This document shows, in pieces, positions 12,410 through 27,243 of a stretch of 64,000 nt of DNA. The translations under genes and the position numbers were made by a program. This DNA is from the human T2T-CHM13v2.0 reference genome, Homo sapiens, in assembly GCF_009914755.1 (NCBI RefSeq), contig NC_060927.1; one strand, written 5' to 3'. Position 1 is the stretch's first letter. The number at the start of each line of letters is the position of its first letter. The notes beneath the pieces are model-generated. The model did no database searches, was not told the DNA's origin, and saw nothing but the letters and a program-made list of their open reading frames with translations.

Positions 12410-14216
12410 GAACTGGATCTTCTTTGAAACAAAATGCCTGCAATTATTTCAACCTCACCCCTGCCATTTAGGTTTTGATTACCACTCTCTAAATAGTTAC
12501 CACACAATGTACAAATATTTCTCAAAGTAATAATCAAGTTGGCTAGAAGACATTCAATTCATTTATTGGGGTCCTATTATGCCTGAAGTAATGAGTTTGG
12601 CCCTAGGGTGAAAGGGGGAATGAGGGAAGGCATTTCGCCACCATGAAGAGGGTAGTCTTGGGTGGGTCTTAGTGACCACAGGTAAGGAAAGACATGACTC
12701 CTGTTGATACGGAATACAACAACCTGCTTCTGTACTATAACCAGTGTATTGGGAGCATAATTGTTATTGGAATTTCTCAACCTTTGAGTTTTTCAAACAA
12801 TTGGGTCTATGCTCAATATCAACAGTTTTTAAATTCCACTGAACACTTCTCTATTTCAAGAGATACCTGAGGTTTTCATGTTAACCTCAAGTCACAATGG
12901 AGTCCACCCACTTTCTCCAAGCACCAGATATTATTTTGAAGATATCCTGTAAGCCAAAGGAATGAAGGAACAGATGATATGAGTTATCTTGAGAACTCCA
13001 ACATAAATGAGATCTGAATGGAGAAATTACTTGGATCACTCTAACAAAGGCAAAAACGGCCTTTACCACCCACAATGAATCCCAGAGATAAGCTCGCCCT
13101 ACTTACACAGGAGCTGGGTTCTGAAAAGAGAAACTTCAGCGGTACCTGTAAGCAGTTGTAGGTGAAACCTTTCCATTTAAAGTTTGTATCAGGTTGATTT
13201 TCTTGGAAATCAAAATAGAAAGGAGCTGATTAGATCTTAGCTAAAGGGGAGAAACAAAATAGCTGGAGTCCCTGATGGTAAAGCTGTATTAAAAAGAAAA
13301 CGTGTGAAGGAGAATTTAAAAAGCATATAGCACTTTATTCTTGTATTTCTATTGCCAATGTGACTAGAAAACTAAAGAAAACCAAGAGACTCTTTTTATA
13401 CTGTTATTCTACTTCCTGTAATGAAAAATGACAGGGAGAAGTGGAAAATCAGTTCAAAATACAAAACCTGCTCAACAGAAAACAATTCTGATAGAATCAC
13501 AGAATCCTAGGGTTGGAAGGTCAAGTTGCCCAACTCAAGTACCAAGCGTTTCTCCAATGATGACTTGTATTATCATAAAGTGTATAATAGACTTGTATCT
13601 AGACTTAGACTTATGTAAGCTTTCTATTATCTAGAAATGTTGTTGAAATACTAAACTCAACATGTCAAATCAGCCTAACTTGTCCCATTGCTTATCAGAT
13701 AACAGCTGGGATAACAGCATTAACCTTCACCAGGTCATTTAATAGGAAGCACAGGGCATCCTCTCTGACTACAGCCTCTCCTTCATGTACCCCAAGCACA
13801 GCACACACATATCAATACACATGTACACTATGCTGTTTCCACAATGTCTCTTTGTTGTCTTTTTTCTGTTCCCACTGGCAGCCCTTTATCCAGGCATTCC
13901 ATCACCGTTCACCTCGGCAGCACCACATAGATCAGGTCTGCTTACCTGTGGCATCTCCCTCTTAATTCCCATTCTTCAAGGGACTTATTTCAACCACCAT
14001 CTTTCAATGTTTACTGACACCAGTTATGTCCCAGGAGCTGTCCTAAGTGCTAACAAAGATGCAAAAATGAATGATGACTTTTGCCTTTAAGTAGCTGAGA
14101 GTCTAATGGAGGTAACACAACCTAATAAATAAGTGTACTACAGGTCAGAATAAACCAAATACAATCTTGTTCAAAGTGTTGTGGGAGTATTGATTCATAT
14201 GATGGAAGGAATGACG

Positions 14217-14786
14217 GTAAGGCCAGACCTTAAAGAATAAGAGACATTCCAAAAACACAACAAGATTCTCGTCCCCTAAAATGCATACCCTATATAATCC
14301 ACTCCCCTTCGACATAAGTGGGAGACCATGAATATGATGAGATATCACTCTCTGGATTGTGTTGTGTAAGACCCCTCCTTAGCAGAGCAGAGAGAGAGTC
14401 CTAATGGCCTTAAAGGAGAAATTGTCATGTTGTGAACCGCCTGTGGGAAGGGCCATGGGGCAAGGTCCTGTAGGAACTGAGAGAGCATTGCTGACATCTG
14501 GCAAAAAAAAAAAAAAAAAGAAAGAAAGAAAGAAAGAAAAGAAAAGAAAGGATGTCAGTCTTGCAAACACAAGGAATTGAATTCTGCCAGCAGCCCGAAA
14601 GAACTTGCAAGAGGATCTGAGCTCCATGTGAGAACCAACAGCACGGCAAACACTTGGCAGTTTTGTGAGAACCTGAGTAGAGGACCCAGTGAAGCTGTGT
14701 CCGGTTTACTGACCCACCGAAACTGAGATATGAGCATGTGTTGTTTTGAGTAATAATTTGTTATGCAGCATGAGAGAACTATTACA
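14217..14786 (+). mobile_element. Solo MaLR LTR (MLT1E/F-like) containing an A/GAAA tract
   Basis: CAAGGAATTGAATTCTGCCAGCAGCC, CCTGAGTAGAGGACCCAG and terminal TAATTTGTTATGCAGCA..AACTATTACA are typical MLT1; start boundary approximate. Confidence 0.8.
14503..14550 (+). repeat. Poly(A)/(GAAA)n purine tract
   Basis: Long A run followed by GAAA repeats. Confidence 0.9.
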
Positions 14787-15197
14787 CCTTCCCTAAATGA
14801 AGTGAGTCGGGGTGGTCTGTAGCATTGGTGAACTCCCTGAGGGTACCATATCATCTGATTTCCCACACAATTTCTAGGGAATGGTACCCTTCAGATCGTC
14901 AAACATGAGAATCCAGCTGTCATCAATCTCCTCCCACCCCCTCGCTCCAACGCACACATATGTTCTATCCAGGGAATTCCTAGAAAGGGCATTGATTCAT
15001 CATTTTTAGATTCATTGTCTTTGAGGGCAGCCCCAGGGACCCTGGCACCCCAGTCATTGTGCTGAGAAAACAGAATCACAGTACTTTAGATATAGAATGA
15101 TCCTTAAAGATATTTGGGAGTAATCTTCTCCTGATCCTCATTTTAGATGAAAACAGGCCCAAAGTGTCTTCTTTCACCTCCTACAAATAGTCAACTG

Positions 15198-16155
15198 CAG
15201 AAGGACAAACAAGTTTTGTGTGGCCTGAAGCTTATATAACTTGGGAAACTCTCCTTAAAGAAAATAATACAAATTTACAAATATCAAATTACTTACCAAG
15301 CAAATATTTACTAAATATAAGAAAAAGAATTTAGACCAAATTGCGCATTTGAAAAATTAACATCACAAAATTCAGACACAGCTTTAATACCTTTTCTTTA
15401 TAATTTTTGTCTGTAAATGTTTTCATCCTGTAACATAAATGTTAACAATATTTTCTGTAAAATAGATGATCAGTCTCACCTCCAATGTGACTAACTTATT
15501 TTTAATTGTGAAAGTTAAGAATTGTTAAATTCAGCTTTACCACTCATTATTGCTAATGTCATGTAAATATTTAGACTAGTATCAAATTTGATTTTAAAAC
15601 AAACTCAGTTTCCTTGATTTCTCAAATATTTCACATATGAGCTAAGAAACGTGGGAGAATTTCCCACGATTAATTCCTGTACACTTCACCTCCCCATGGG
15701 GTATGTTCACAACACAATTCAATCTCTTGCCATGCACTTTTGTGCCATGCCCCACACTGAGTCAGCACAGTGGGCAGTTTCAGTATTTCTGGCCATTTCG
15801 ACATCAGGAGGGCTGGCAATGATTTACTAGTAAGTGACTGTAAACATAAATGATAATCCTACCAAAACCAAGCTAAATGTATCCCCAATTCAACTTCTCC
15901 TTAGCCAGAGCCAAAACTGGCAATGACGAATCCACCACCCTTAAACAGAGAAAAACTGATAAAGCAAATGGCCGAGTGGAAAAAGATAGCAACCTTAACC
16001 AATTGTGGAAAAAAAATTCTCACTTTTGCAAATAAAAAAACCCAGAAAACAAAACACATGTGAACACCCTCCGGGAGCCCCTCCCAGAACTTGGAAGGGG
16101 CTGTGCAAGTGAGGAAAGTGAGGAACTGATGAAGCTGTGGTTTGATTAGCCTCTG
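15198..16155 (-). mobile_element. hAT-Tip100 DNA transposon fossil (Zaphod/MER115-like)
   Basis: Left end GTTTTGTGTGGCCTGAAGCTTATATAACTTGGG; right end, reverse-complemented, CCTCACTTGCACAGCCCCTTCCAAG; both resemble remembered Tip100-group ends. Confidence 0.55.
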
Positions 16156-16372
16156 TTCAGCGGAAGTGAAGGACATCAGCTTTTCCTTGAAAAACTGAGA
16201 CAGATCAAGCTCTTTGTGGAATAAGAAAAACAAGGCATGGAAAGGTTACATAACTTCCCAGTCTCATAGCCAGTAAAGTGTACAAGTAAAGTTGAACTCA
16301 GGAAGCCTGAATGCTGCCTTCACACTTTTTACCAGTGTGCTACACAGACTGCCATAGGAGTAAGCTTGAGAT

Positions 16373-16447
16373 TGTGCATGTGTGTGTGCAGGCATATGTG
16401 TACATGTGCAGGTATACATGTATGTGTGTGTGTGCCTGTGTATGTAC
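16373..16447. repeat. Degenerate (TG/CA/TA) purine-pyrimidine repeat
   Basis: TGTGCATGTGTGTGTGCAGGCATATGTGTACATGTG.. Confidence 0.8.
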
Positions 16448-18220
16448 CTGGCAGAGAGGAAAGGAAAGAAGTGTTCTGTGATCAATCTTCATATGGAGTT
16501 GACTTTTTTGAGTTCTTGTTTGTTCTCCTTGATTACAGTTAGAGTCTTTAGGAATAAAATTGGGTCATAGAGTTGATTTTAAAGTACCATAAGGAGCAGT
16601 TGTGCTACTCGAAATACAGTTTGACTCTGTCGTGGTTGCAAAGCCAATCTCAAAGCATTTCCCCCAGAATGCTGTTTATTAGTTTAAAACCCCTATGATC
16701 AGGATATTAAAAAAAAAACAAGAAAGATAATCTAACTCATGATGGCTTCTCTATCCATTTAATTGCGGTTAGCAGTACATTTATCCAACCGCTTTTCAGG
16801 TCTATGCGCATGTTTCTCAGTGGTGCTGTCTTAGCCATTGAAGGGTTTAAAGAGCACTGAAGAAAAAGTCAGGAGAACTGGCCTTAGGTCCCATTTTCAC
16901 AATTATTCCATCTTTGACACTTTGGACAACTCCAGCTCCTATCCCCGTCTTGGTCTCATTTTCCTCAACAGGATAAGTGATTTTACAGCTGTTCCAATGT
17001 TCTATGATCTATAAAGCATAAAGTCTCTATTTTCTACTTTAAACCACAAATCAGAAAGCTTTAGAAGAACATTCCAGGCTGTGAAGTTGGGGGAATATTC
17101 TGGGTTTATCTCAGATCTTTTTCATTTAGTGCAACACTAGTTTTTTTTAAAAAAACTTCATTTCTTTGACTGCTAAATGAAGAATGAATTTGTAATTACT
17201 GCTAAAGGAAATACAGTGAAAATTTTAATTCTGAAATTGAAAACTACTTAAAAGAGACAGGAGAGCTTAGCAAAAGCCTCTAAAAGAGCCTGGCCATCTG
17301 GCTTCTTACTCCCAGGACTGCTCACTGTGATAATCCCCAGGCTTGGTGATGTCCTGAACTTGCAAGTTTCGGGAAGTTGGCGATCCATTTTGACCATGTG
17401 GTATCACAGATAATGTACTGGAAACCCAATTTCTGGTCCCAGAACAGCATTGTTCAGCCAGCAGGCTATACATGAGCCTCCTGGGCCTTACTTTTCTCCT
17501 CTGTACCTAGTAACTTCCTTAGGTCTTTCTCTCTCAGAAATTCTGTTTTCTAAAAGGCAAGTTACTCTGAAGGATGAAACAGCTTTGCTTTTCTGATAAA
17601 GTATATCAAGCCTAAATCAAAATAAGCATTTCTTCTCCTGTTCTTCTGTTTGGGCTCTGAGGATACAATCTGCTTCTGTCGTTTTCCCAGTGCAGAGTAA
17701 TTTTCAATGTGTTACCATGCTAAGCCTTGTTATCACATTTTCAGAAGCATAAATGATAAATAACATTTGCTTAACCAGCTTTTACAATTCCCTGGCATTT
17801 TTAAAAAGAATATTTATTTTGAAGAATATTTTTTGAAACAACACAATTTGAGGAAACCAACACACCACAGCGAATACATCTACTTCTCTCAGTTAGCCCA
17901 AGCAATTCTCAAAGTTTTCTCCTCGTCTTTATTGAACACTCACTTCACGCCAGGCCTCGTGCTAGGGGTTGGAGCTCTGAAGGAAACAGAAGAACGTGAC
18001 CTCAGGACAATACTGTCATAGTCCATGTCTACAAGAAGCTCACTCCCATTGTAGATGGTGATCCCACTTAAATTAATAAAGATGAGAAGCCTCCTGGGCC
18101 AAAAATTAGATACTTTGTTGTAGAGCAGTACCATACCAGAGAGGAACATTCACCTTCCTTTGCGCCTAGCTTTGCCTCTGGGATACAGTGGTACTGAGAA
18201 TCAGAGCTTACTGCTGTAAA

Positions 18221-18512
18221 TTAGGGGTTCTCAAATAGTCATACACAGCAGAATCAAGTGGAGGGCTTAGTAAAACACGGATCGCTGGGCCTTACTTCCA
18301 GATTTCCAATTCAAAAGGAGTCAAGAGATTTTAGTACTAGTGAGCTCCTGGGTGCTGCCGATGCTGCTGATGTGGGGCCCACAATTGGAAAACCTCCGTT
18401 GTAAACGAGCAATCATGAATAAGCTAATTTGTCTGGAGCAAGGCTTTGACTTCGGTAGTTTTACAAAGCTCTCCAGGTGTTTCTAAGGTGTATCCAGGCT
18501 GGACAGCCACTG
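18221..18512. mobile_element. MER5A/MER5B (hAT-Charlie) fragments
   Basis: GGTTCTCAAA..CAGAATCA..TGGAGGGCTT.GTAAAACAC.GATCGCTGGGCC..GATGCTGCTG; second piece AAAGCTCTCCAGGTG.TTCTAA.GTG..CCAGG. Confidence 0.7.
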
Positions 18513-19287
18513 GGTTAGATTGCACAATGTCAGTTTCCCAAAATAACTGCATGTTCAAGATACTTTTAAGATTATACATGTTTCTGAGTAGCCTGTCTGA
18601 TCAACAATTTCTTGCCCTGTAGATTGAAATTCTAGGTGAAGTTATGCTTAAGGTGGCATTCCCAGAAAAAACTAGAATGCATCCCCCTTTTTTGGGTAGC
18701 TGACTATATGCAAACTGCTGTCTCCCAACACAGACTGTGTTCCAGTGCTGGAGAACACAAAGGTGGGAAGATATGAAAGGACACAAAGATTAATGTATGA
18801 AATTATCTACGTAAAAAATTTCTTGAGTGCTCACTCTATGCTGTGCCAAGAAACTCAGGCTTTTCTTTCTAAAAATTAGAGGCTATGGAGGTGTTTAAGG
18901 ACGAGAGTGATATAGTCTGAATTGCATCTTATGAATGAATAGTGTATAACTCCTTAAAAGGTCTTGCAGCAAGAGAAGCCGGGTAGAAGGGGCATAGTTA
19001 AGTAAGCACAGGGGAGCAGGGAGAACTCTGGGAAAATGGAGGAAATAAAAGGCTAGCGACTAGAGGAAGTGCCTGTGATAGGATTGCAGACTACAAAAAA
19101 ATACTAACAATACCACTCTCAAAATCATTAGGAAAATAGAAATACTATCATCTTTGTTAAAGAAGTTCATCAAATACAAGGAGCTAACAAAAAATGCTAT
19201 TTGTGTAGAGAACTAGTTGAGAGGTAGCATCGCCTTTTAGCCAGAAGGTTTAAGGAAGTCAGTGGAATGTGTAAGAGTGAGCAAACT

Positions 19288-19603
19288 GGCCAGGCGCCGT
19301 GGCTCACGCCTGTAATCCCAGCACTTTGGGAGGTCAAGGTGGGTGGATCACAAGGTCAGGAGTTCAAAACCAGCCTGACCAAGATGGTGAAACCCCATCT
19401 CTACTAAAAATACAAACCATTAGCCGGGTGTGGTGGTGGATGCCTGTAATCCCACCTACTCAGGAAGCTGAGGCAGAGAACTGCTTGAACCCAGGAGGCG
19501 GAGGTTGCAGTGAGCCAAGATCACACCACTGCACTCCAGCCTGGGCAACAAAGCAAGACTCCATCTCAAAAAACAACAACAACAAAACAAACAAAAAAAA
19601 AAA
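19288..19603 (+). mobile_element. Alu SINE (AluSg-type)
   Basis: Full dimer with (CAA)n/A tail; TSD AGTGAGCAAA. Confidence 0.97.
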
Positions 19604-21354
19604 CCAGTGAGCAAATTACTTGCTAGTAACCCCCAGTTCCAAATCTATTCCTTCAGTCTCTTTGTAATCTGGAAGCTTTATTGGAGAATCCCTCTCACTT
19701 AAAGTCTCCAGCTTCCTTGGGCATCAGGGCCTGCCTCCTACTCTTTGCCCACTCCCTTGTATAGCTTCATTTCCTGCCTCTCCTTCCTTCTTTTGTCCCT
19801 GAATAAACGTGTTCTCTGAATTCTGTTCTTCTTTGGCAGTCATATCCCCTCAACTGACTAAAAAAGTCCTTTCTATAGTGATGAATCCAACTTTTTTCCT
19901 CGAACATCTGCAAATATACTGAGCTTGAGTCTCTCATTTTCAATTGCCTTTTGTACATATTTTGCAAGTTACCAACCACATAGACACCTGAAACTGAAGG
20001 ATATGATTTTACTCATTTTCACCCGTTGATGAGATCCTATTGTCCTTTAAAAAATCTCACATGTGCTATAAAAGCATCTCTGATTCTAACTGAGTATTAT
20101 TCCCACCTTTGGTTCTTCTTCCTTCCTCTAACTTTACAACGATAGCTCATGACCCTCTACTCTTACCTCTCATCCAGATGTTAAAATCATTAAGAACAAA
20201 GAGTATGCAGTGTTTGCATGTGTGAGACTTAAGGCTTGCACTTATCATCTTTTAAATTAATTGGAGAAGGTATAAATGGATACAAAAGTCTGATGTTAAG
20301 CCTTCTGGAAACTTATAGCCAATCTAGAAGAAGCCATCTTCAGGGATGCAGGAAAATAGATTTGGCTCCTCTTATCCAGTCCAGAGGCAGAACTAAGGAT
20401 TCCTGCTCTTCGTATTTCCTGGTGCCAGTGCAGTGAAATCACTAATTAATAAGCCTCTTTCTGCTTCAGCCTCTGAAGGGTAAAAGCCAGGGAAGGGTAC
20501 CCAGACAGGAGACCAGGTTTGCTGCTGTAATCAGGCAGACTCCACTAAGGAAGGAAACATTCATGTCAAAGATTGATGATTTGTGAGTATTCCAATAACA
20601 ACGTTTGTGCTTGACCAGTAGGAGTGGAGTCTTTTGGTGTGACCAAGAAAGTCAGTTTGCATGCGCTTCAACATGTCAAAGCCTCTTAGTCTCTCAGGCT
20701 CTCTGGCTTTACAAAGCCCCCCGGTTTCAAAAGAACTGAAACAGAACAGGTTGGCTTGAGAGAAGCACCTCTACAGGGCTGAATGTAAAACAAGAGTTTC
20801 TATGTGGGAGTCATGAAGTGTGGGTAAGCCCCCACCTTGTCCTGAACTGCAACGCTAACTCTATGGACCTAGTTGCATATACTGGTTTGCAGTTTGCAGC
20901 GGGTCTCTGAAAATTACCCAAGACATTGTATCACCAACATGAGATCGACTGCCTTTTTCACATTCTTATGGAATATTACAAAAGGCAATCAGATTCAGAT
21001 TTAAGTCAAAGACTCAAGCAGGAATTTAAAATTGCCTAAAGCTTTTATTAAAATAGTAACTTTGTTTACTACAATGGCCCCTTCAGAAATTCACTGACCT
21101 AGCCTTTATTCTCTCCTGTCAACCTACATTCTGACACTATCAGTATTCTTTATATAGATTTTAGAGCATCTACTGGTAATTCATCCCAATATTTCTTTAT
21201 GTCCAACACAATGCAGAGCTCTTTTACCCATCCTCAGGGGAGCTGAAAAGAACATCAAATTTTTCTCCATGTAATGCAACTCCTATAAAGGTCCTTTTAA
21301 AGCCACACCTTAATCTTCCCTTCCTAGAATCAGAATCGTCCCATTTTTCTTGGA

Positions 21355-22460
<1,106 letters not shown>

Positions 22461-22490
22461 TTCCTTCACTAACCCTCCGCTTTTTCCTAG

Positions 22491-22537
22491 CTACAAGGAT
22501 ATCAGGCGACATCTCTTAAAATCTTGTTTTGCAGATG
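22491..22537 (+). other. Candidate 47-nt internal exon of an unidentified transcript
   Basis: Branch point CACTAAC (22467-22473), pyrimidine tract CCTCCGCTTTTTCCTAG, donor ATG|GTAAGA. Confidence 0.35.
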
Positions 22538-22959
22538 GTAAGAGGTTTTCACACATCTGCCACATTTGAAAACCTAACTCTCTTTACTCTTCTAAGACAT
22601 ATTAATCACTCAACAAATTGAAAGTAAAACAATTGATGCCCTATGTGTCAGCCACACAATCTAACTCTTCAGTCCCTGTAAGCATCCCATGAGGCTGGTA
22701 ACTTTTCTCTGTCCCATCATATATACCAATCTGGTGATGACACTTAACTTGCAGTTTTACTTACATTTTAAAGGATATAGAATTTCTCTCCAAGTTGAGT
22801 GCAAGCTCAATGACAGCAGGAACCCCATCTTACATTGTAGAAAATGCTCTAGGATAAAGGACTTCAATCTGATAAATTAAATACTGTTCATTTCCCAATC
22901 CCTAACACTGTTTTGGGCACCGGCAATGGTTTATGGCATAATAAAAAGAGACTTATTTT

Positions 22960-23110
22960 GTGGAGTTGAGTCCTAATGCCAGTATTGCCACTTAACTAGC
23001 TACGTAAAACTGGGCAAATTATTTCACTTTCTTGGGCTTCAACTGCCTCCATTATAAATATTGAAGATTCAGTGAAATGAGATAGTATACTTTAAAGCAA
23101 CAGCATTCAT
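22960..23110 (+). mobile_element. MIR SINE
   Basis: TGCCACTTAACTAGCTACGTAAAACTGGGCAAATTATTTCACTT..GCTTCA. Confidence 0.65.
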
Positions 23111-24630
23111 CACAGAAATTAGGACAGCTTTCCTTATCTTTTTCTGAGTAAATGTTGGATAAATAAAGGCATGAGCAAATGAATCTTTGACTGGGGGAAT
23201 CTGAGGGAGGATTTAGCCAGTAGAAAAAGTATTAGTTAGGTAGTCATGAAACCAGGGTTCTAGCCCCAGTTCAGCCACTGACTCTCTGATCTGGGGTCAG
23301 CCTCTTCTCCTTCTGTGCCTCAGTTTCCTTCCCTGTAACGCCTCTCCCAGTGATGTTGCACGTTTTTTTCTGACATCCTATTGTCACAGCCTAGACCCAG
23401 GGAGCCACAGAAAGAACCTCTTTACTCAATTATTTGAGGATGAAGAAAGAAGCAATAAACTGAAAGCACTGTTCATTTCCAGTATGAAAAGACTCCTTCA
23501 AATGAGAAACGTCAGCACTTAGTTTCACCCCTAAGATTGTCTGGATTATTTTCTTCTTGTCCAAGAGATAGCAAGAGAAATTCCACTTTAGGAAACACAA
23601 TTGTTTAACAAGTGAGTCCTTAGCAATTCTAAGGCCAGAATCTTGTGAGCAGATACGGAAAGGTACCAATTACCTCTCAAAGACTGGCCTGGTTTCCCAG
23701 TGAACAATTTCATCCATTACAGAATTTTCCTGTTTGTAATCCCAAGGTCCATACTTGTACCAGAATTTTACTCTCTAGGTTAGATGAACTCATTATAGCT
23801 TAAGTTTCCCTTAGAACGACAATAATAAAACTGCTATTGCTGCTGACTCACTTTAATGCCAACAATTGTACATACATTTTAGAAGCCTAATTTTGATTTA
23901 CAGTAACTATATAGATCAAAATTAGAGCATTGTTGAGTGAGACTTTCTTTTGCCCACAGGACGACCAACTAGAGACAGAGGACAGAGGACCTGTAGTGCA
24001 AAATAAACTGCCAGAGGTGAATGATTCAAAGAAGTCTGTGACATGACCCTTGTATTCAAGCTCAGTGGGCAGGGAACACATGTCTCTTGTTCACCTCTGT
24101 ATGTCTGTGCATTCATTGGGCTGATATATATCCAGTGTTTACTACACTGCATTGCGCACTGACTATATAGTGAAAAACAATGGTTTGTGGATGAAAGCTG
24201 CTTCCAGTATAGCACTGGGCTTGGCACAGTATGGACATCTACTGATTATTAATTGAATAAATGCATGAGACAATTAAGTGAAATCAGCAATATTATAAAA
24301 GAAAAGATAATAGACTCAAGACAGACTAAGATGTTGGTGAGTCTAGTTGGATTCTATAAGTTTTAGGTGCCAGAGGGAAAAGAATCTGAAGATGCCCAAA
24401 CAAGTTACAGATGTACTGTCTATCTGGGACAGAGAAAAGAAGTCAAGATTACACACATGTTTTTCTTTGGAGAGAAGATGATAAAGAAATGTGAATATCA
24501 TCACACTGGTGTATGTAATCAATTCTGAATTAACCTTCAGTAAACCCAAAATCTCAGTATTTACATGAATTCTTTTATTCAGATGGTACCAAAATAATGC
24601 TGCCTGGTAACTGAGATGAGCCCTAGCTAA

Positions 24631-24981
<351 letters not shown>

Positions 24982-26564
24982 GTGTCTTCCATCTTTATTA
25001 ACAAGATCTTTGATTAAGCTGAAAGAAGGAGTTTTATTTGGGAAGACTGGATTTCAGTTGATACAACACAGAGAAATTCAGACATTTTCAAGCATATCCA
25101 TCCTCTTTGGAAAATACGTAAACATCATAGTATTCAGAGATAACCTTAAGTGAGGTTTTCACTGCTTTGTACAATTGTGTCACTGTAGCTCCTATATCCA
25201 CAACTGAGTTGTGATAGAATGGAATATTCTTTTCTGCTCTTACATACAGATTTTAAATGTGGATAATAATATAGAAGATAGATATTTTATAAAAATATAA
25301 ATAACTTAAGTATTGCAGGACAGTAGTAATAAGTAGGGCTGGAAAGGTTGTTGGAGAGCTTTGAATACCTAGGTTAGTATTTAACTGTATCTTTCAGGCC
25401 ATTGAAGATTTTGAAAAGCAGTTGCAACATAATCAGCATTCTGCTTCAAAACTTACAGCTAATAATTTTGTTTTGGCTCAATATTTAAAATAACATTTCG
25501 GTTAAGACCTGAGTTCAAAATGTCTCTCAATATACCTTATAAGTTATGAAAACAAGCAAAAAAATTTAAAGATGATTTCCAGCTCAGCAAAATCTGCATT
25601 TTCATTTGGACTTTGCTTTACCCTTTTCACAATTATTTATTTGCTTCACACAAAATAAGCCAGGATGGAAATTCCCCATCATGGTCAAGTTCTGCTCCAT
25701 GATGCACACACAAGGTTCTGTAGCTTATGGGAACCAGGAGAATAGCAGGTGGGGCAGGTAGCAACAAGAGAGCTCAAACAGAGTGGCTGAGAAGCACTGG
25801 CGCTGCAAGGTGCAATGCTGGCCCAATGTCAGGCACTGGGCTTATCCAGGACTTACAGACCTCCTCTCAACTCAGGACCATGGATTCTCAGAGTTCCGGA
25901 AGTCCCTATAGTGCCATAATAAAGTAATAATTCTTCACCAAACCACAGACATTTGCATGGACTTTAACGAGTTGATTGTGAGGAAGAAATAGGAAAATGA
26001 CCATCAGTCTGGCCGCCTTGAGTTCCGTAGCCAAGCCCTAAAACCAACGCCCAGCCTGCCACAGTGTGTGACATCACCCATATCCCCTCCAGTTCTCTCC
26101 GGTCTGACCTTGACAGCTGACCTTGAAAAAAGGAGAAGAAAGATTTGAGCTCACTTTTTTTCAAACCTGAATTCATCATCCGCCACAATTTCCTTCTCTC
26201 TTCACACCTTCCAACATTTCCCATTCAGTAGGTTTATTAGAAGGATTCCATGCTTTTGACTCAGCCCTCTTTGTTTGTTCCTTTTGTCTTTTTTTTTATC
26301 TTGCCTTTCTGTGAAACTGTCTTTGTTTCTTCTAGTTAGCCAATTGATCCTAACATTGCTTCTGGAACAAGATAATGTGACCTTCAGCATTAGACAAGAC
26401 TGGAACCAGTGGGGAAAAAAGCAGAGTATATTGTCATTCTATGTTCTAAGAATAATTCAAACAAGCCTATGCCATAATGCTGACAGGATCTCCCCAGATT
26501 CTCTCAGCTTCTAGACACCATCACAGCCCTGCTTGCTACGCACAGGAGGCCAGGAGTGGTGGGC

Positions 26565-26583
26565 GAGCGCCACCTCGTGGACA
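26565..26583 (-). promoter_or_regulatory. CTCF binding motif
   Basis: Minus strand TGTCCACGAGGTGGCGCTC matches the CTCF core CCASYAGRKGGCRS at all but one position; CpGs retained; not within a recognised repeat. Confidence 0.75.
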
Positions 26584-27099
26584 TGAGGGAAATTGCTTCC
26601 CTCTGCGAATTAGACTGTGTTTCGGCTTAGCTCTCAAAACACGTTTAAGAGAATTGTATTTTTAAATGGCTTGAACACCTTCCAGTCAGTGAAGCGAAGC
26701 CTGAATTCATGAATTCTCTATCTTAGGGATTCTCTGAGTAGCAGGAGAAATATCTGTACGGTGAATCCGTCCTCAGGTAAAATTTAAGGTGAAGGACAAC
26801 AGTAGCTTCGCTTCTTTAAATAAAAGATTTGTAACAGAAATTTAAAGAAAGAAAAAAGAGCACTAATTATGCAGATTGCATTCAAGTTAAAATTTACATA
26901 GTATCTGGGCAGTAAATTCCACCATGCTTTAAAGCAGAGCACTAATTACTACTCTTCCATTAAATCTTTCCTGAAGAATCTCTTCTATCTTTGAAACTAC
27001 CATCCATTTTGCAAAAACAAGTTACCTTTTCATATTTAACACCAGCAATTCACAGAGGAGTGTGATTTATAGACATTTGCATTGAAATAACCTATACTT

Positions 27100-27243
27100 T
27101 TTTGTTGTAAGTGCAGCTTCTTAGGCCCTACCCAACATCAACTGAATTAGAATTTCTGGGGCTGAATCCCAGGAAGGGGCATTTGAGGTTAGCATCTAGT
27201 TGATTCTCTTGCACACTGTGCGCTCCAGTTAGAGACCCCACTG
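27100..27243. mobile_element. MER5B-like hAT fragment
   Basis: TGCAG.TTCTTAGGCCCTACCC..ACTGAATTAGAATTTCTGGGG..CCCAGGAA..TGATTCT..TGCACAC. Confidence 0.55.
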
